NCBI GenBank assembly: GCA_965644295.1
Contig: CBFFRP010000378.1
Coordinates: 186,001 to 250,000 of the forward strand
Source: Paraphysomonas bandaiensis
Lineage: Eukaryota; Protista; Chrysophyceae
Length of the DNA stretch: 64,000 bases
Direction: 5' to 3'
The notes beneath the pieces were generated by a model. The model did no database searches. It was given only the letters and a program-made list of their open reading frames with translations, and was not told where the DNA came from. Positions 49,425-62,600 of this stretch are shown piece after piece (within the stretch, counting starts at the first letter, position 1; each line of letters opens with the position of its first letter). A program made the position numbers and the translations under genes.

Positions 49425-49925
49425 GTAGTAGTGAATGTCTTATTGATAGGAATAGCCGTTTAAGAGTCAGAACTAATGTAGCAACACAATTTAACTAACT
49501 AGTACTTAACTCTTATATCCTACTATTTAACGCTACAAAGCTTCGTGTGCGTCACCGCAAGCACCAAGGTGCAACCACTTTCGCTCTATCACTTAAAGCA
49601 CACACAGTGAGCAAGCAGATCTGCTGCCTTCAGGAGTTTCGAGTCTTGAAGGTAAACAGCCCGGATGCTTGACTTCAGTAGATAGTCCAATACCCCTGGA
49701 TGCCCTTGAGGTGGGCCCAGTCCCGGATGCCTGTTATTCGTCAAGGCCCAAAGACGTCTACACATGTGACACTTATATTTGTGTCCCTTGTGCCACACAC
49801 GTATTCGACTACGAGTGGGCAGAACAATATCAGCGGATTGTATATATGCGGCTTAAGTTAGTTTCCCGGAGAAATATCTCCGGTACTGATCCCCCAGAAC
49901 ACCACGAAAAGGAGCGAGTTCGACT
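49425..49925 (+). repeat. Dispersed repeat family copy (solo-LTR-like); partial copies at 1451-1514(+), 3261-3336(+), 25242-25317(+), 33167-33349(-), 49195-49345(-)
   Basis: Shared blocks gtagtgaatgtc, gcaataggcgt, taactaactagt.cttaact, tatcctactattta.cgctac, gcaagcaccaaggtgc.accactt, ggatgcccttgaggtgggcc, ttattcgtcaaggc. Confidence 0.75.
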
Positions 49926-50605
49926 TTGTTTAGGGGGAGGGTAGAGTATCTCTAGCGCCGGGTCCACCCACGATCACGAAGCGGACTCTCTGGTGCAATT
50001 TTGCACACTGATGCATGAAACAGACATACACCGAATCTGTTACAAATTCAAGCTGACTCCAATGTCTTCCCTCCATTGTGTGCACTCGTCCAGCACATGT
50101 ATCCACCTTGCACTCTTCTCCCGAGTGACTTACGCTAGTTGGAAACCGTACACCTTCCTCGCTCAGATGAAAATCTACTAAGTAGAAATAACATAAAAGC
50201 ACCATAGGGGCAATGCCAAATAGAAGACCACAAAACAAAGCGACACATATAATCGCCTAATTCCGTCGCATTACTATAGTAACATATATTATACACAATA
50301 CCTTTTTGGACATGAACATAAAGACATAGCACCAATCAGTTCAACAGCAGTAATAGAAAATTCTAGCACTAGAGCTGTAGACTAACACAATTACAGTAGC
50401 AGCCGATCTCGAAAAAAAGTAATTTGACATTGCCACTAAGCGGCATTTAAAATTCCATATACATATCACAACTCCATTACTATTTTAAAAAATAATTTAA
50501 ATACAACCTAAAAACTCCGAAAACCTATTATTTTTAAGCATGTGGAAATTTCATCATATAATTACATCCAATAAATTTTCACCACATTACAGTATTACAT
50601 TAGCT

Positions 50606-53600
50606 TTAAGAACCTTCTTCAGATACATCACTCAAGCTATCCATTTCTCTAAGCAGTGCTGACATTCGCTTCGTTTTCACCATTGAGAAAGTTCGTTTGG
50701 CGGAATTGGAATCATTAAAATCATCCGGTTTATGAATGTCCTCCTCTGCTCCAGCAGATACGATAGTGCCACGGACATGGGGATGGAACTTTCTTTCAAC
50801 ATTAGTTCCGAGGGACAAGGAGTCATCTACAGCCGACCAACTTGATTGTCTCGAGGCGAGGAGTCGATTACCTGCCTCCTGTACATCCAATGCCCCTCTT
50901 GCGGTCGACGCCAATGCGCGATTTTGCTTTGATTTCTTCGTCGTGTCCCCGACCAATACCGGATCATCAAACTCTAAAATACTACTGCCTTCAGATATAA
51001 ATTCCTGGGGTAGTTCTGCTTCGTTCCTTGTGATAATACTACGATATGACGATGGCTGATTAGCCCTACGCGCTGGCCTCTCTCGTCGCAAGGATACATT
51101 TCTACTGTTCTTTGAGTCAATAGATGATACAGACATATCACTGTCTAACACATCACTGTTGTCAAATAAATCTGACACTTGCCGCTCTGGTTGCTTCACT
51201 CGTGCTATACTTCCACTTGAAGCAGAGAACTTAGTGCTGTACATTGTAGGAGATTTGTGAGACACCTTTCCGGTACTCATCGGGGTGAGTTTACTGGCAC
51301 GGTATGCGCTGACATTATCTTCTCTGGTGGTAGTGGTATTGAGCTCCTTCAGCACATTGTCTAGCAAATTCAGCCTTTCATTGAACTCTACTTCTGTCTC
51401 TCTTCTTTGTTCAGGTGTCCTTGCAGTGTGTGTGCTGTATGGCTTGCTCATATGCTTGCTCTGGGACTGGCGACCTGTCTGCATGCCACTACGGGATAGA
51501 ATAGGACTCGAGGTGACGTCAAACAAATCTTGTGTTTTCATAGGAGTAAAACTTCTCGGGCTTTCTACTCCAGTCTCATCTTGAGATGCACCTGGCGTCA
51601 ACGGAGGCAGTGTGATCGAGTTACGTGAACCTTCTCCTTTAATATTAAGTATTTCATCCATCATAGCTATTGTAGTTCTTAACTTTGACGGTTTAGGGCT
51701 TCTAGAGGGCAAGTTCTCTGCAGCTGCAACTTTTCCTGTAGCATTATTCCTATATAAAAGCTTAGATGTTCGATACGAATCGGCAGGAACGACAACTGAT
51801 GAATCTCTAGGGGCCATAAGTTTATCAGAACCAGGCGCGTTAGTGTCTTTAGCTGCAGCAGTCATGTGCAAAACGGTATCTACCACGCTAAACATACTTT
51901 CTGTTCGTCCTTCTTTGATTGTAGGTTGACGTGGTTTCTGCTTATCCCTTTTACTCGAAGGTTCAGATTTTAGTAATTGACTTGACCTATGACTTGAGAC
52001 TGAATACTTGTCAGCTTTAGCTTCGTCGTCATCCATTGCGCTCGACAGGGCAAGCGACGTGCTCCCATCAGCAATAGTCGAAGTTTCATGTATAATATTC
52101 GACATATCAGGTGCACTTTTTACATCGTCGTCGGAAGAGGAGTAGTAGGATGCATCATCAGCATCTCCTTCCATTAATCTCTGCTGAATGTGAGAGTGAA
52201 TCTTGTTTCTTATGTTCCTCACAGACTTCAAGCGGTTAAAATATATACAGAGTACAACTGATAGTATCCCTGCACCTAGTCCTACCAGAACGATAAAACC
52301 GTGGGCAAGGTACAGTGCAACAATGACAAGTAAGCATATTCCTACCAACGACGAAACCATAAGCTCCAGTACGATCTCGCCCAGAATAGGAACATGAAAT
52401 AGATATGCTACAAACGCAACCATCCACGGATCACGGATACTTTCTGGGTCGTAATCAGGGCCTAGCATGATCCCATCGTTGTTATCAACTGTCAAAGCAG
52501 AAATCGCATGGTCTGGATAGGCGTGAATATGCACACTGCGACGAGGGATATTCAAGCATAGTGCTAAGAAAAGCTCGCCTAAACGATTGTCAAAAAACTT
52601 TGCAGCCACCCTGGCAGATGAATACAACATTAAACTCCACTTAAATATCTCGGGATTCATTTTAAATCGATTTAGGTCTACTATACACCGTACCAGCATG
52701 GCCTTTATCTTTTCGACTTTTTCGTGTATTAGCAAAGGGACTGCAAAATCTGAAACTATCACAACCAATCCCCGTAAAATGACGACTTCCAAAACGACCC
52801 ATGCGAATAAGGAGTACAGCCATAATATTTGTAACCGTTCTACCCTCGTGTAAGCAAAAAAGAAAATAAACACAACCGCCAACCACATATATAGAAGTAC
52901 AGTAGATACGGCCAGAAGTTTAACTCCGATGTACTTTGGTTCGTATGTGGTGGCAATATGCTCATCTCTGCGGTATTTCCACCGGAATATGGTGCTCTCC
53001 GCATCAGAGAGAAGATCTTCCACAAGGAGCTGGAGTATTCTGAAATCATCTAGTGGGTTGTTAGTATACTTTAATTTCCGCACAATTTCGCTCTGCTCAC
53101 GTGATATACTCGTATGAACTCTAATTAATTCTTGCATCAATATATCATCGTTTGTGCGACCAGGAAAGCACCTATAAGTGTTACAATCACTGTCGCTTTC
53201 AGTGCTGCTTTCGTAAGTATGTTCACTCACATCCACCCCACTGTTGATCCCCCACATCGATGCAAACTGGGCTTTGCTTCTGGAAGATGGCATCACATCT
53301 ATGTGTGCTGAGGCCTTTTCCTTCAATAGAATTAAGTCGCTCTCAGCCGCACTGTATATGTATTCATATTCCTTGCTTATTTCTAATTTGTCAAAAATAC
53401 GCACCCATGGATTCTCATTCCTCCTAGCCCGTATGATCCAACAGATAAAAGACGTCGGTAAAAAGTGCAGAATCCAATTGAAACCACGCGCAGCCGTGCT
53501 TTCCTTTAGCGATGGGACCATGACATAATACCGCAACACATATCGTACAAGATTGGTTACTGGTACACCAATTACAGCAGCGACACATGCGCCAACAGCA

Positions 53601-56600
53601 ATACTCCATACTGCTGCTGATGGAGACCGCAGGTCACATGATTGCTCATTGTCATCCCATTCGCACCTCCGACCCAGAAAGTTTCCCATCGATACTCCGA
53701 GTATATAGTGCCGATGGCACTTCGCTTCGGTTTCGTAATGAATGCATGTCTCATTATCAACATGTAGAGGGTCAAATACAATGCACACAAGCCCTTGAAT
53801 AAAAAACATGGTGATAGCATCACATGTCAAGAACATGCTATCCGAAAGTAAATTACGCAACCTACCGAACTCTGGGAATATAGGGGATAGAGCGAGGAAA
53901 AGAAAATGAATTCCTCTGTGGTACTGAAGTAATTCAATGGCAATTTTACGTAACCATGAAAAACTTTGTACGCCATGAAATATCTGTGGTAATGCTTTTT
54001 CCACAACCTGAATGGCTTTACCTTCATGACCAATACCGTCGGCCATTATTTCTAACCCCTTCGTCTTTGATGCTTCCTCAACAAATACTTTATGACCATC
54101 TATAACAGCCAATTCTTCCAATTGATATTCAACACAATATCCAATGACAACGGCTAACCCACATGCTATGACCAGCGTCGTAAGAGCGTATAGAGTTACT
54201 GTACCAGCAACAAAATTTGAATTATCAAACGCTGTAAAGTCCGATATGATAGCTGCATCCCCGAAAGAATAAGCCTTGTTGATAGCGGAAGCAAACTGTA
54301 GTGTCTGTACATCACCCTCAGCTAGCCTTCGCCGTTCGTTTCCAATCAAAACATTACCCAGTAGTGCATCTTTAAGTGGACAAAAACATGTAGTGCTGAG
54401 AGCATCAAAAGAAACCAACGTACAAGCACCATGGACAGCGTCAGTTTCATTCCATGGGAAACATTGAGGGGTGACCTCAAGACTTCGTGATGGGCAAAGC
54501 GTAGTAAATATACCAGCAGTCTTATTGCAGTAAACGGAAAATTCAAGCCCAGATAGGGGACAATTCAGAGTGATATACCCTTGGTCGTCAGCATGGCAGG
54601 TGGTTGTCACAGAGTATCGCCAGCTGTCACTGACTGATGTGTTGTCAAATTTTTGGGCTTCGTAATTATGCACAGTTACGAGTACAGAAGCGTTGGTTGT
54701 GTTTGCGATGAAATCACTAGATGTCAAAAAACTTGCTCTCACAATATCAGACAAAAATGCAGATCGGCCATCTGACTTCAGTACCTGATAAGACTTCAAG
54801 GAAGCAACCCATCCCAGTACTGTGCTGTCGTAAAACATATCATCTAAATTCGACAGAATAATGTCATCAGACGTAACACCAAGAGCAGATTCATAGGACG
54901 TCAGTGGGGTGGCAACACTAACATTTGCTTCTCCTGCACCATCAAGAGAAATAACTGATACGCGCAAGAACGATTCAATGTCGGTGGTTGGATTTTCTCC
55001 CACCGACATTTCAGATAAAATAGCAGAACATAAGTCATCTACAACGCCAGCTAAATAACCTCTATCGACACTCGAAACCAGAATTTCCATTGCGGTAGCC
55101 AAGGAGAAAAACAATTTGGCCAGCACCTGTGTTTGAATAGACAGCCCAGAGCTGGCTGAAATGATCGATTCAACAGCTGTAACTACATCACTCGCCGCAG
55201 TCAGGGATAATTCACTACTTTGTTGACACAATGCTGCAAGTGAGTCGATATTACTGGCAATTGTTTCCGCGCTGTTGTCTTGAGTTGATAGCAGCACTAG
55301 GAGGGCAGATATTGACTGCTCCCGCAGAGAAATTTTTTCTTCGAATTCCGATGTGCTGTACGAACAAGCTGGGCCAGCATAACCACTGTAGCACACACAC
55401 TGCGCGGAACATGACAGCGACCCAACAAAGCAGTTGTTGATAGTAGCTCCTTTATCTGTAAAATACGTACACGACCCATGACCCGAACAAGTTTTGTCTG
55501 GACACTCCTTGGAATCTCGAACACACACGCCTCCACCAGATGATGGGTCCAATTCGCAGTGTTCCCATACCCCACATCCGGGATGGCATGATACACTGCT
55601 ACTTGAATCCAACCGTCTCAATCTTATGGAGGTCTGAAACAAGTCTTCCGCCACACATTCTGAGTTATCACTTCCATCTTCACCCACATATCCCTCCAGG
55701 CAAACTCCACATGTGTGAGGATATTCAAAGCACTCACCACGATTTAAGGCAGTACAATTCGGGGCAGTAGAACAATTTACTTCATTTAGAGTTCCTGATA
55801 TCACAGACAAATCCCCTTCGCTCACAGAACCAGAGTCAAGAAGACCACTAACTGCGTCAAAAATATCAGTGTCATTTGACTGTTGCATTACAATGAGAGA
55901 CCGAAAAGATGATGCATTGGCATTTAAAGAATCGTAAACTGTGACTGATGTTATGACTTCGAAACTGGGAGCACGCCCTTTCGACATAATGGTGTTCACT
56001 TCCGTTGTCTCAGATAACGCTTGAAGCACTAAAGCATCCCCTTTCGTAGAAATGTATCCGAATTCATAGGCAATTGGTATATCATCGTCGTTCCAATTAT
56101 ACGCGCTGAAGGCAAATACCGTCAACAATTCCTCACCTTCAGTGGGTGAGACTTCTAGACTCCCATCAGAAGGTGGGCCGTTGGTAATAATTTCAATTCT
56201 CTCGTATGAACTAGAAATTGCACTACTAGTAGGTTCGCAACTCAGTGTGAACACATATGTCACCCCACCATCCAATGCATTCGGTTTCAAAACAAGGTTC
56301 GTTGAGTACCGCATTGACACACTCGGATTATTTACAGATAACGTCCGTGACACTGCAGTCGTGGACTTCGATGGCAAGTTAAAATTCGGATTCACTGCAA
56401 ATCCTTTTTCGTTGACCGCCCATGTCATTATACATGTGTGGGCAGTACGAACACTTGCACTTATTGTGATTTTTTTGGATGGGTTGAACTTACTACCGCG
56501 GATAACCGTATCAAATGCAATACTCGGAGTTGTGGGGTCTGCAACCTCAACAAGTACAGATGTTGAGCTACTTCTTTCGTCCGATGATTCTACAAACACA

Positions 56601-59600
56601 GTGATAAGAGCAGTTGAGTTCACAGACAAATCATTAGTTGTTACGGTAGCAGTTCTACCATGTGGCATGCTAGGAGTCATGGACAGCGGGCACGCAGCAC
56701 TAAGAGTAGGTGCATAAGTCGTGCATGTCCACGTGTAAGTAAAACTTGGGGTATAGGTAATCGGTTCATTCTCATCATAACTGTATGATGCATCCAGAGT
56801 AAGTGATTGTCCATATGGTAATGACTTCTCGTAACCACCACCTATCACAGCTTTTATTCCTGCAGATTTAACCAACACCAAAACACTAGTGGAAGAAGAC
56901 TTTTCCAGAACAGTGTCAAATGCAGTAACAGTAAACGTGTACACCTCATTAACTGTGAGAGAATACGGCTTCAGTAAAAATATACTTGACGATTTTGACG
57001 ACGATTTTAACGATGTTAATAGCTTGCTGTTCGAGTCGTACACTGCCCAACTGAACACTATATTATTGGAGGACGATACTTCTTGTCCAGAATCACAAGT
57101 TGTAGTCGATGCGGTCGCTTTAAGAGACAAGGAATCGGAGCGCATAATCGATCTTGAAGGCGAACCACTGATGGAAACCTTAGGGGCTGTTGAAGACAAA
57201 ACCGTGACGATAGACTTCGCGGAACCACACCCCGAAAGGAAGTTACACAACTTAGTGATAATCGTGTAGGTAGTAGATGGTGATAAATACGACCTTGGTA
57301 TTACAAGGGGTGCTCGATAAGGCAAAAGTCCAAGTGTATTCATGTACGACTGAAGTGCAAAGAGAGATGACGCGGGTGTTGTTGTACTACTTATAGTAAA
57401 GGTTTTTGAGAGCCAATCACGACCGGCTGACCCTGTAGAGCTAGCCAAGTCCAACTTCATATCGTCACACACACCCAAATATGTAGACGTAGAAACTTTC
57501 ACAGTTGGGACCAATATTGCTTGTGGTGATTGTATACTGAGTACAGTTTTCGGAGTGTATTTCCACGATGAGCAGTCTAATGCAGTGCATTCTGCTTGAA
57601 TTCTATTACTCAACACAATAATTTCCGTTCCAATGCTAAGCTTTGAATTGGTCGCCAACGAAATGGAGCAATTCATGTTCGAAACCCAACGACAACTAGA
57701 TGCGGTGCTGTCGATAAATGAGAACAAGCGGCTACAAGTAAATGATCCAAATGGTAAACCTCCCAGGTTAGTTGCCGAGTCAAATATGATGTACACAAAA
57801 CTACCAAAATTTCCAAACTGTGCTTTGATGGGTGACGGAACTGAGGGTTCATCGTTCTTACTTAATACTGTAAAAGTAGTGGTTCCAGATGTAATTAACG
57901 AGAACTCCGCTTCCGAGGGACCGAAATATGCAAAAGATAGGGTATATTCCCCAGATTGCGCAACCTTATTCAGAGAATACCTATCATCCTGCACGGCAGT
58001 GGTATACTTCACTACTCTTTCCGGATAAATATACACCGAATAATCACTCACCGAACTATCGATTGATGATGTATATGAGACAGTGATATTAAGGTATAAA
58101 GACACAGTTGGAGCGCTCTCAAGAGATACCGATAAGATATCCAACAATAAATCACCTTCAAAGTAAGTCTTAGAACTGACAGCAGTTGATACTCTTATTT
58201 TTTTGCAGCACGATGTTGACACGGCAGTTTTTGAAGCCAGAGTTTCGCTCAAAGACGAACGTGAACCTTCCAATGATTCTGCCACGCAATATACGTTGTA
58301 CGAAGTTGAGCTGAGTAGATTACTGAAGGCTAGGGTAGTACTCACGCCAGCAATAACAGCTGATTGCTGACCTAACAGTACCACTTGAGAAACAGCATAC
58401 GGCACCGCTGAGTTAATCAGGGCTAGACAATAAACTGTCCCGTTGCTATTTATTTCAACGGTCACTGAAACAGAGTTGGCACCTGTGCTGTTGGTGACAA
58501 CGGATGTAATCGCAGGGGCAGGGTCATATTTTACATACTGCACTTTCAATAATCTCGCAGCACCTGTTGGAAAAGGGCATGTCGTGTCCTCCACACTTAC
58601 ATCTGAGCACGGGGCAGTTTCTAGTCTAGGAAAAACACCACAGTATGAGACATGAGGCCGACAAGGGTTATCACAGTCCACACAAAGCGCAGTGGCGTCG
58701 TTTGGACACTTCTGAATACGCCACATATGGTTTTCACAAGTTATATTCGTCGGAATTGATGTAGATATCGCAGAAGTAATAGCCGCTACCTTAGTTCGAT
58801 TTGTACATGAAATATTCGTTGATTCTCCTAATGGCCAATTATAGTACTGCATAAAATCAATCCATACCGGATATGCTGACAGTTCTCGGAGTGGTAATGT
58901 AGTTTTTCTGAAACTAGTCCATGATTCACACCCTCCTAATATCTGATTACCATTGTAGAATGATTCCACATACCAATCGTATGCAGAAACTGGCAAGTCC
59001 TTAAGAAAACTGTTCACATCTTCATTAAATGCAGACACAGATGATAATGTTGGGGAAAATGACGGCACAGAAGTTGGACATGACGAAGATGGTACAGCTG
59101 TTGGCATATGCGAAATAGTCGGAGCACTTGTTGGGGCACCACTAGGTTCACCGGAAGGTAAACTCGATGGTCGTTTGCTAGGTTGCCCAGACGGGACACT
59201 GCTTGGCTGTCCAGATGGTTCACTTGTTGGCCATCCAGATGGCACTTGTGTGGGTGCTCCAGTTGGTTCCCCAGTAGGTTCTCCAGTTGGTTCCCCGGAT
59301 GGGTTTACTGACGGTACACTCGTGGGTTGACCACTTGGTTGTCCAGTTGGAACTGTTGTTGGCTGGCTGGAAGGAATAGAAGATGGTTGACTTGACGGAA
59401 TGCCAGTTGGTTCCGAAGAAGGTTGGCTGCTGGGAATTGATGATGGGTAACTGCTTGGTACGCTGGACGGAAAACTACTTGGTTCTCCGGTGGGTTGTGT
59501 AGAAGGTTGGCTTGTTGGCTCGCCTGTGGGTACACTTGAAGGTTGACCAGTCGGCTGACCAGTCGGCTGACCCGTAGGTTGACCAGTTGGCAGGCCCGTG

Positions 59601-62600
59601 GGTTGCCCTGTAGGTAGACCTGTTGGTCGACCTGTGGGCTGTCCAGTGGGCTGCCCTGTAGGTTGCCCTGTAGGTTGCCCCGTGGGTTGACCAGTAGGCT
59701 CACCTGTAGGTTGACCCGTTGGTCGACCAGTAGGCTCACCTGTAGGTTGACCCGTAGGTTGTCCAGTAGGCTCACCTGAAGGCCGACTTGTTGGTTGCCC
59801 TGTGGGTTGACCAGTAGGCTGTCCGGTGGGTTGTCCGGTAGGTTCACCAGTGGGCTCGCCTGTCGGCTCACCTGTCGGCTGGCTTGTTGGTTGCCCTGTC
59901 GGCTCGCCAGTAGGTTGCCCAGTAGGTTGCCCGGTAGGTTGACCAGTAGGATACCCTGTAGGCTGTCCGGTCGGCTGACCTGTTGGCTCTCCCGTTGGTT
60001 GACTAGAGGGCTGACCAGTAGGTTGACCCGTCGGTTGCCCAGTCGGCTCACCAGTCGGCTCACCAGTAGGTTGACCTGTAGGTTGTCCTGTAGGTTGTCC
60101 TGTCGGTTGACCAGTCGGCTGTCCTGTTGGCTGCCCAGTAGGTTGTCCAGTGGGCTGGCTTGTTGGTTGCCCTGTAGGAAATCCTGTAGGCTGACCAGTG
60201 GGCTCCCCTGTCGGCTGTCCTGTTGGTTGCCCCGTCGGTTGAACAGTAGGCTGACCAGTAGGTTGGCCAGTAGGTTTTCCGGTGGGCTCACCAGTAGGTT
60301 GTCCAGTGGGCTCACCCGTTGGTTGCCCAGTTGGTTGCCCTGTGGGTTGACCAGTAGGAAGCCCTGTCGGTTGACCTGTTGGCTGACCAGAGGGCTGTCC
60401 AGTGGGCTGTCCAGTAGGCTGTCCAGTAGGCTGTCCTGTGGGTTGTCCGGTAGGTTGTCCTGTGGGCTCACCTGTCGGCTGTCCTGTTGGCTGCCCAGTA
60501 GGATATCCTGTAGGCTGTCCGGTTGGCTGACCTGTTGGCTCTCCCGTTGGTTGACTAGAGGGCTGACCAGTAGGTTGCCCCGTCGGTTGTCCAGTAGGCT
60601 CACCCGTCGGCTGACCAGTTGGTTGTCCTGTTGGCTGACCAGTCGGCTCACCAGTAGGTTGTCCAGTTGGCTGCCCCGTCGGTTGTCCAGTAGGCTCACC
60701 AGTAGGTTGCCCGGTAGGCTGTCCAGTAGGTTGACCAGTAGGCTCACCTGTCGGCTGTCCTGTTGGTTGCCCAGTAGGATCACCAGTGGGCCGACCAGAA
60801 GGTTGCCCCGTCGGTTGCCCCGTCGGTTGACCTGTTGGCTGACTAGTAGGTTGCCCGGTAGGCTGTCCTGTAGGTTGACCTGTAGGTTGTCCAGTAGGCT
60901 GACCAGTAGGTTGTCCTGTTGGTTGCCCAGTAGGCTCACCTGTGGGTCGACCAGTAGGTTGACCGGTCGGTTGCCCCGTTGGCTGACCAGTTGGAAGCCC
61001 TGTCGGCTGGCCTGTTGGTTCACCGGTCGGCTGACCAGTAGGCAGACTAGTAGGTTGACCTGTAGGTTCTCCTGTCGGTTGTCCTGTTGGTTGACCAGTA
61101 GGAAGCCCTGTCGGTTGACCTGTTGGCTCACCTGTGGGTTGACCAGTAGGCTGACCTGTAGGAAGACTAGTAGGTTGTCCACTAGGCTGACCAGTAGGCT
61201 GACTAGAGGGCTGACCAGTAGGTTCTCCTGTCGGTTGCCCTGTTGGTTGACCAGTCGGTAGACCAGTAGGTTGACCAGTTGGCTGAGCAGTAGGTTGCCC
61301 CGTAGGCTGTCCTGTCGGCTGACCTGTAGGCAGACTAGTTGGCTGGCCGGTGGGCTGACCAGTTGGTTGTCCAGTAGGCTGTCCAGTAGGTTGTCCAGTA
61401 GGTTGTCCAGTAGGTTCACCAGTGGGCTGACCTGTGGGCTGACCAGTAGGTTGACCGGTCGGCTGACCAGTGGGCTGACCAGTTGGTTGACCTGTCGGCA
61501 GACCAGAAGGAAGCCCAGTAGGCTGTCCTGTTGGCTCACCAGTCGGCTGACCAGTAGGTAGTCCAGTAGGTTGCCCAGTAGGTTGTCCTGTTGGTTGTCC
61601 TGTTGGATCACCAGTAGGCTGGCCCGTTGGCTGTCCAGAAGGTTGACCGGTCGGCTGACCAGTGGGTTCACCCGTCGGCTGACCAGTCGGATGACCAGTT
61701 GGTTGTCCTGTTGGCTCACCAGTAGGCAGACCAGTAGGTTGTCCTGTTGGTTGCCCTGTGGGCTGTCCCGTTGGCACACCTGACGGCTGACCAGTAGGCA
61801 GACCGGTGGGCTGACCTGTAGGCAGACTAGTAGGCTGACCAGTAGGTTCTCCTGTAGGTAGTCCTGTTGGTTGACCTGTCGGCTGCCCTGTCGGCTGACC
61901 GGTAGGTTGTCCTGTCGGCTGGCCCGTTGGTTCACCAGTAGGCAGACCAGTAGGCTGACCGGTAGGTTGTCCTGTCGGATGTCCTGTTGGTTGTCCAGTT
62001 GGTTCACCAGTAGGAAGCCCTGTCGGTTGTCCTGTTGGTTGTCCGGTCGGCTGTCCCGTTGGTTGACCTGTTGGCTGCCCTGTCGGCTGACCAGTAGGCT
62101 GTCCTGAAGGCAAACCCGTCGGCTGACCGGTAGGTTGTCCTGTCGGCTGGCCCGTTGGTTCACCAGTAGGCAGACCAGTAGGCTGACCGGTAGGTTGTCC
62201 TGTCGGATGTCCTGTTGGTTGTCCAGTTGGTTCACCAGTAGGAAGCCCTGTCGGTTGTCCTGTTGGTTGTCCGGTCGGCTGTCCCGTTGGTTGACCTGTT
62301 GGCTGCCCTGTCGGCTGACCAGTAGGCTGTCCTGAAGGCAAACCCGTCGGCTGACCAGTAGGTTGTCCTGTAGGTAGTCCTGTTGGTTGACCTGTTGGCT
62401 GCCCTGTCGGCTGTCCAGTAGGCAGACCAGTAGGCTGTCCTGTTGGTTGTCCTGTTGGTACACCCGTCGGCTGACCCGTTGGCACACCCGTCGGCTGACC
62501 AGTAGGTTGTCCGGTTGGCTGTCCCGATGGCACACCCGTCGGCTGACCAGTAGGTTGTCCTGTAGGTAGTCCCGTTGGTTGACCTGTTGGCTGCCCTGTC

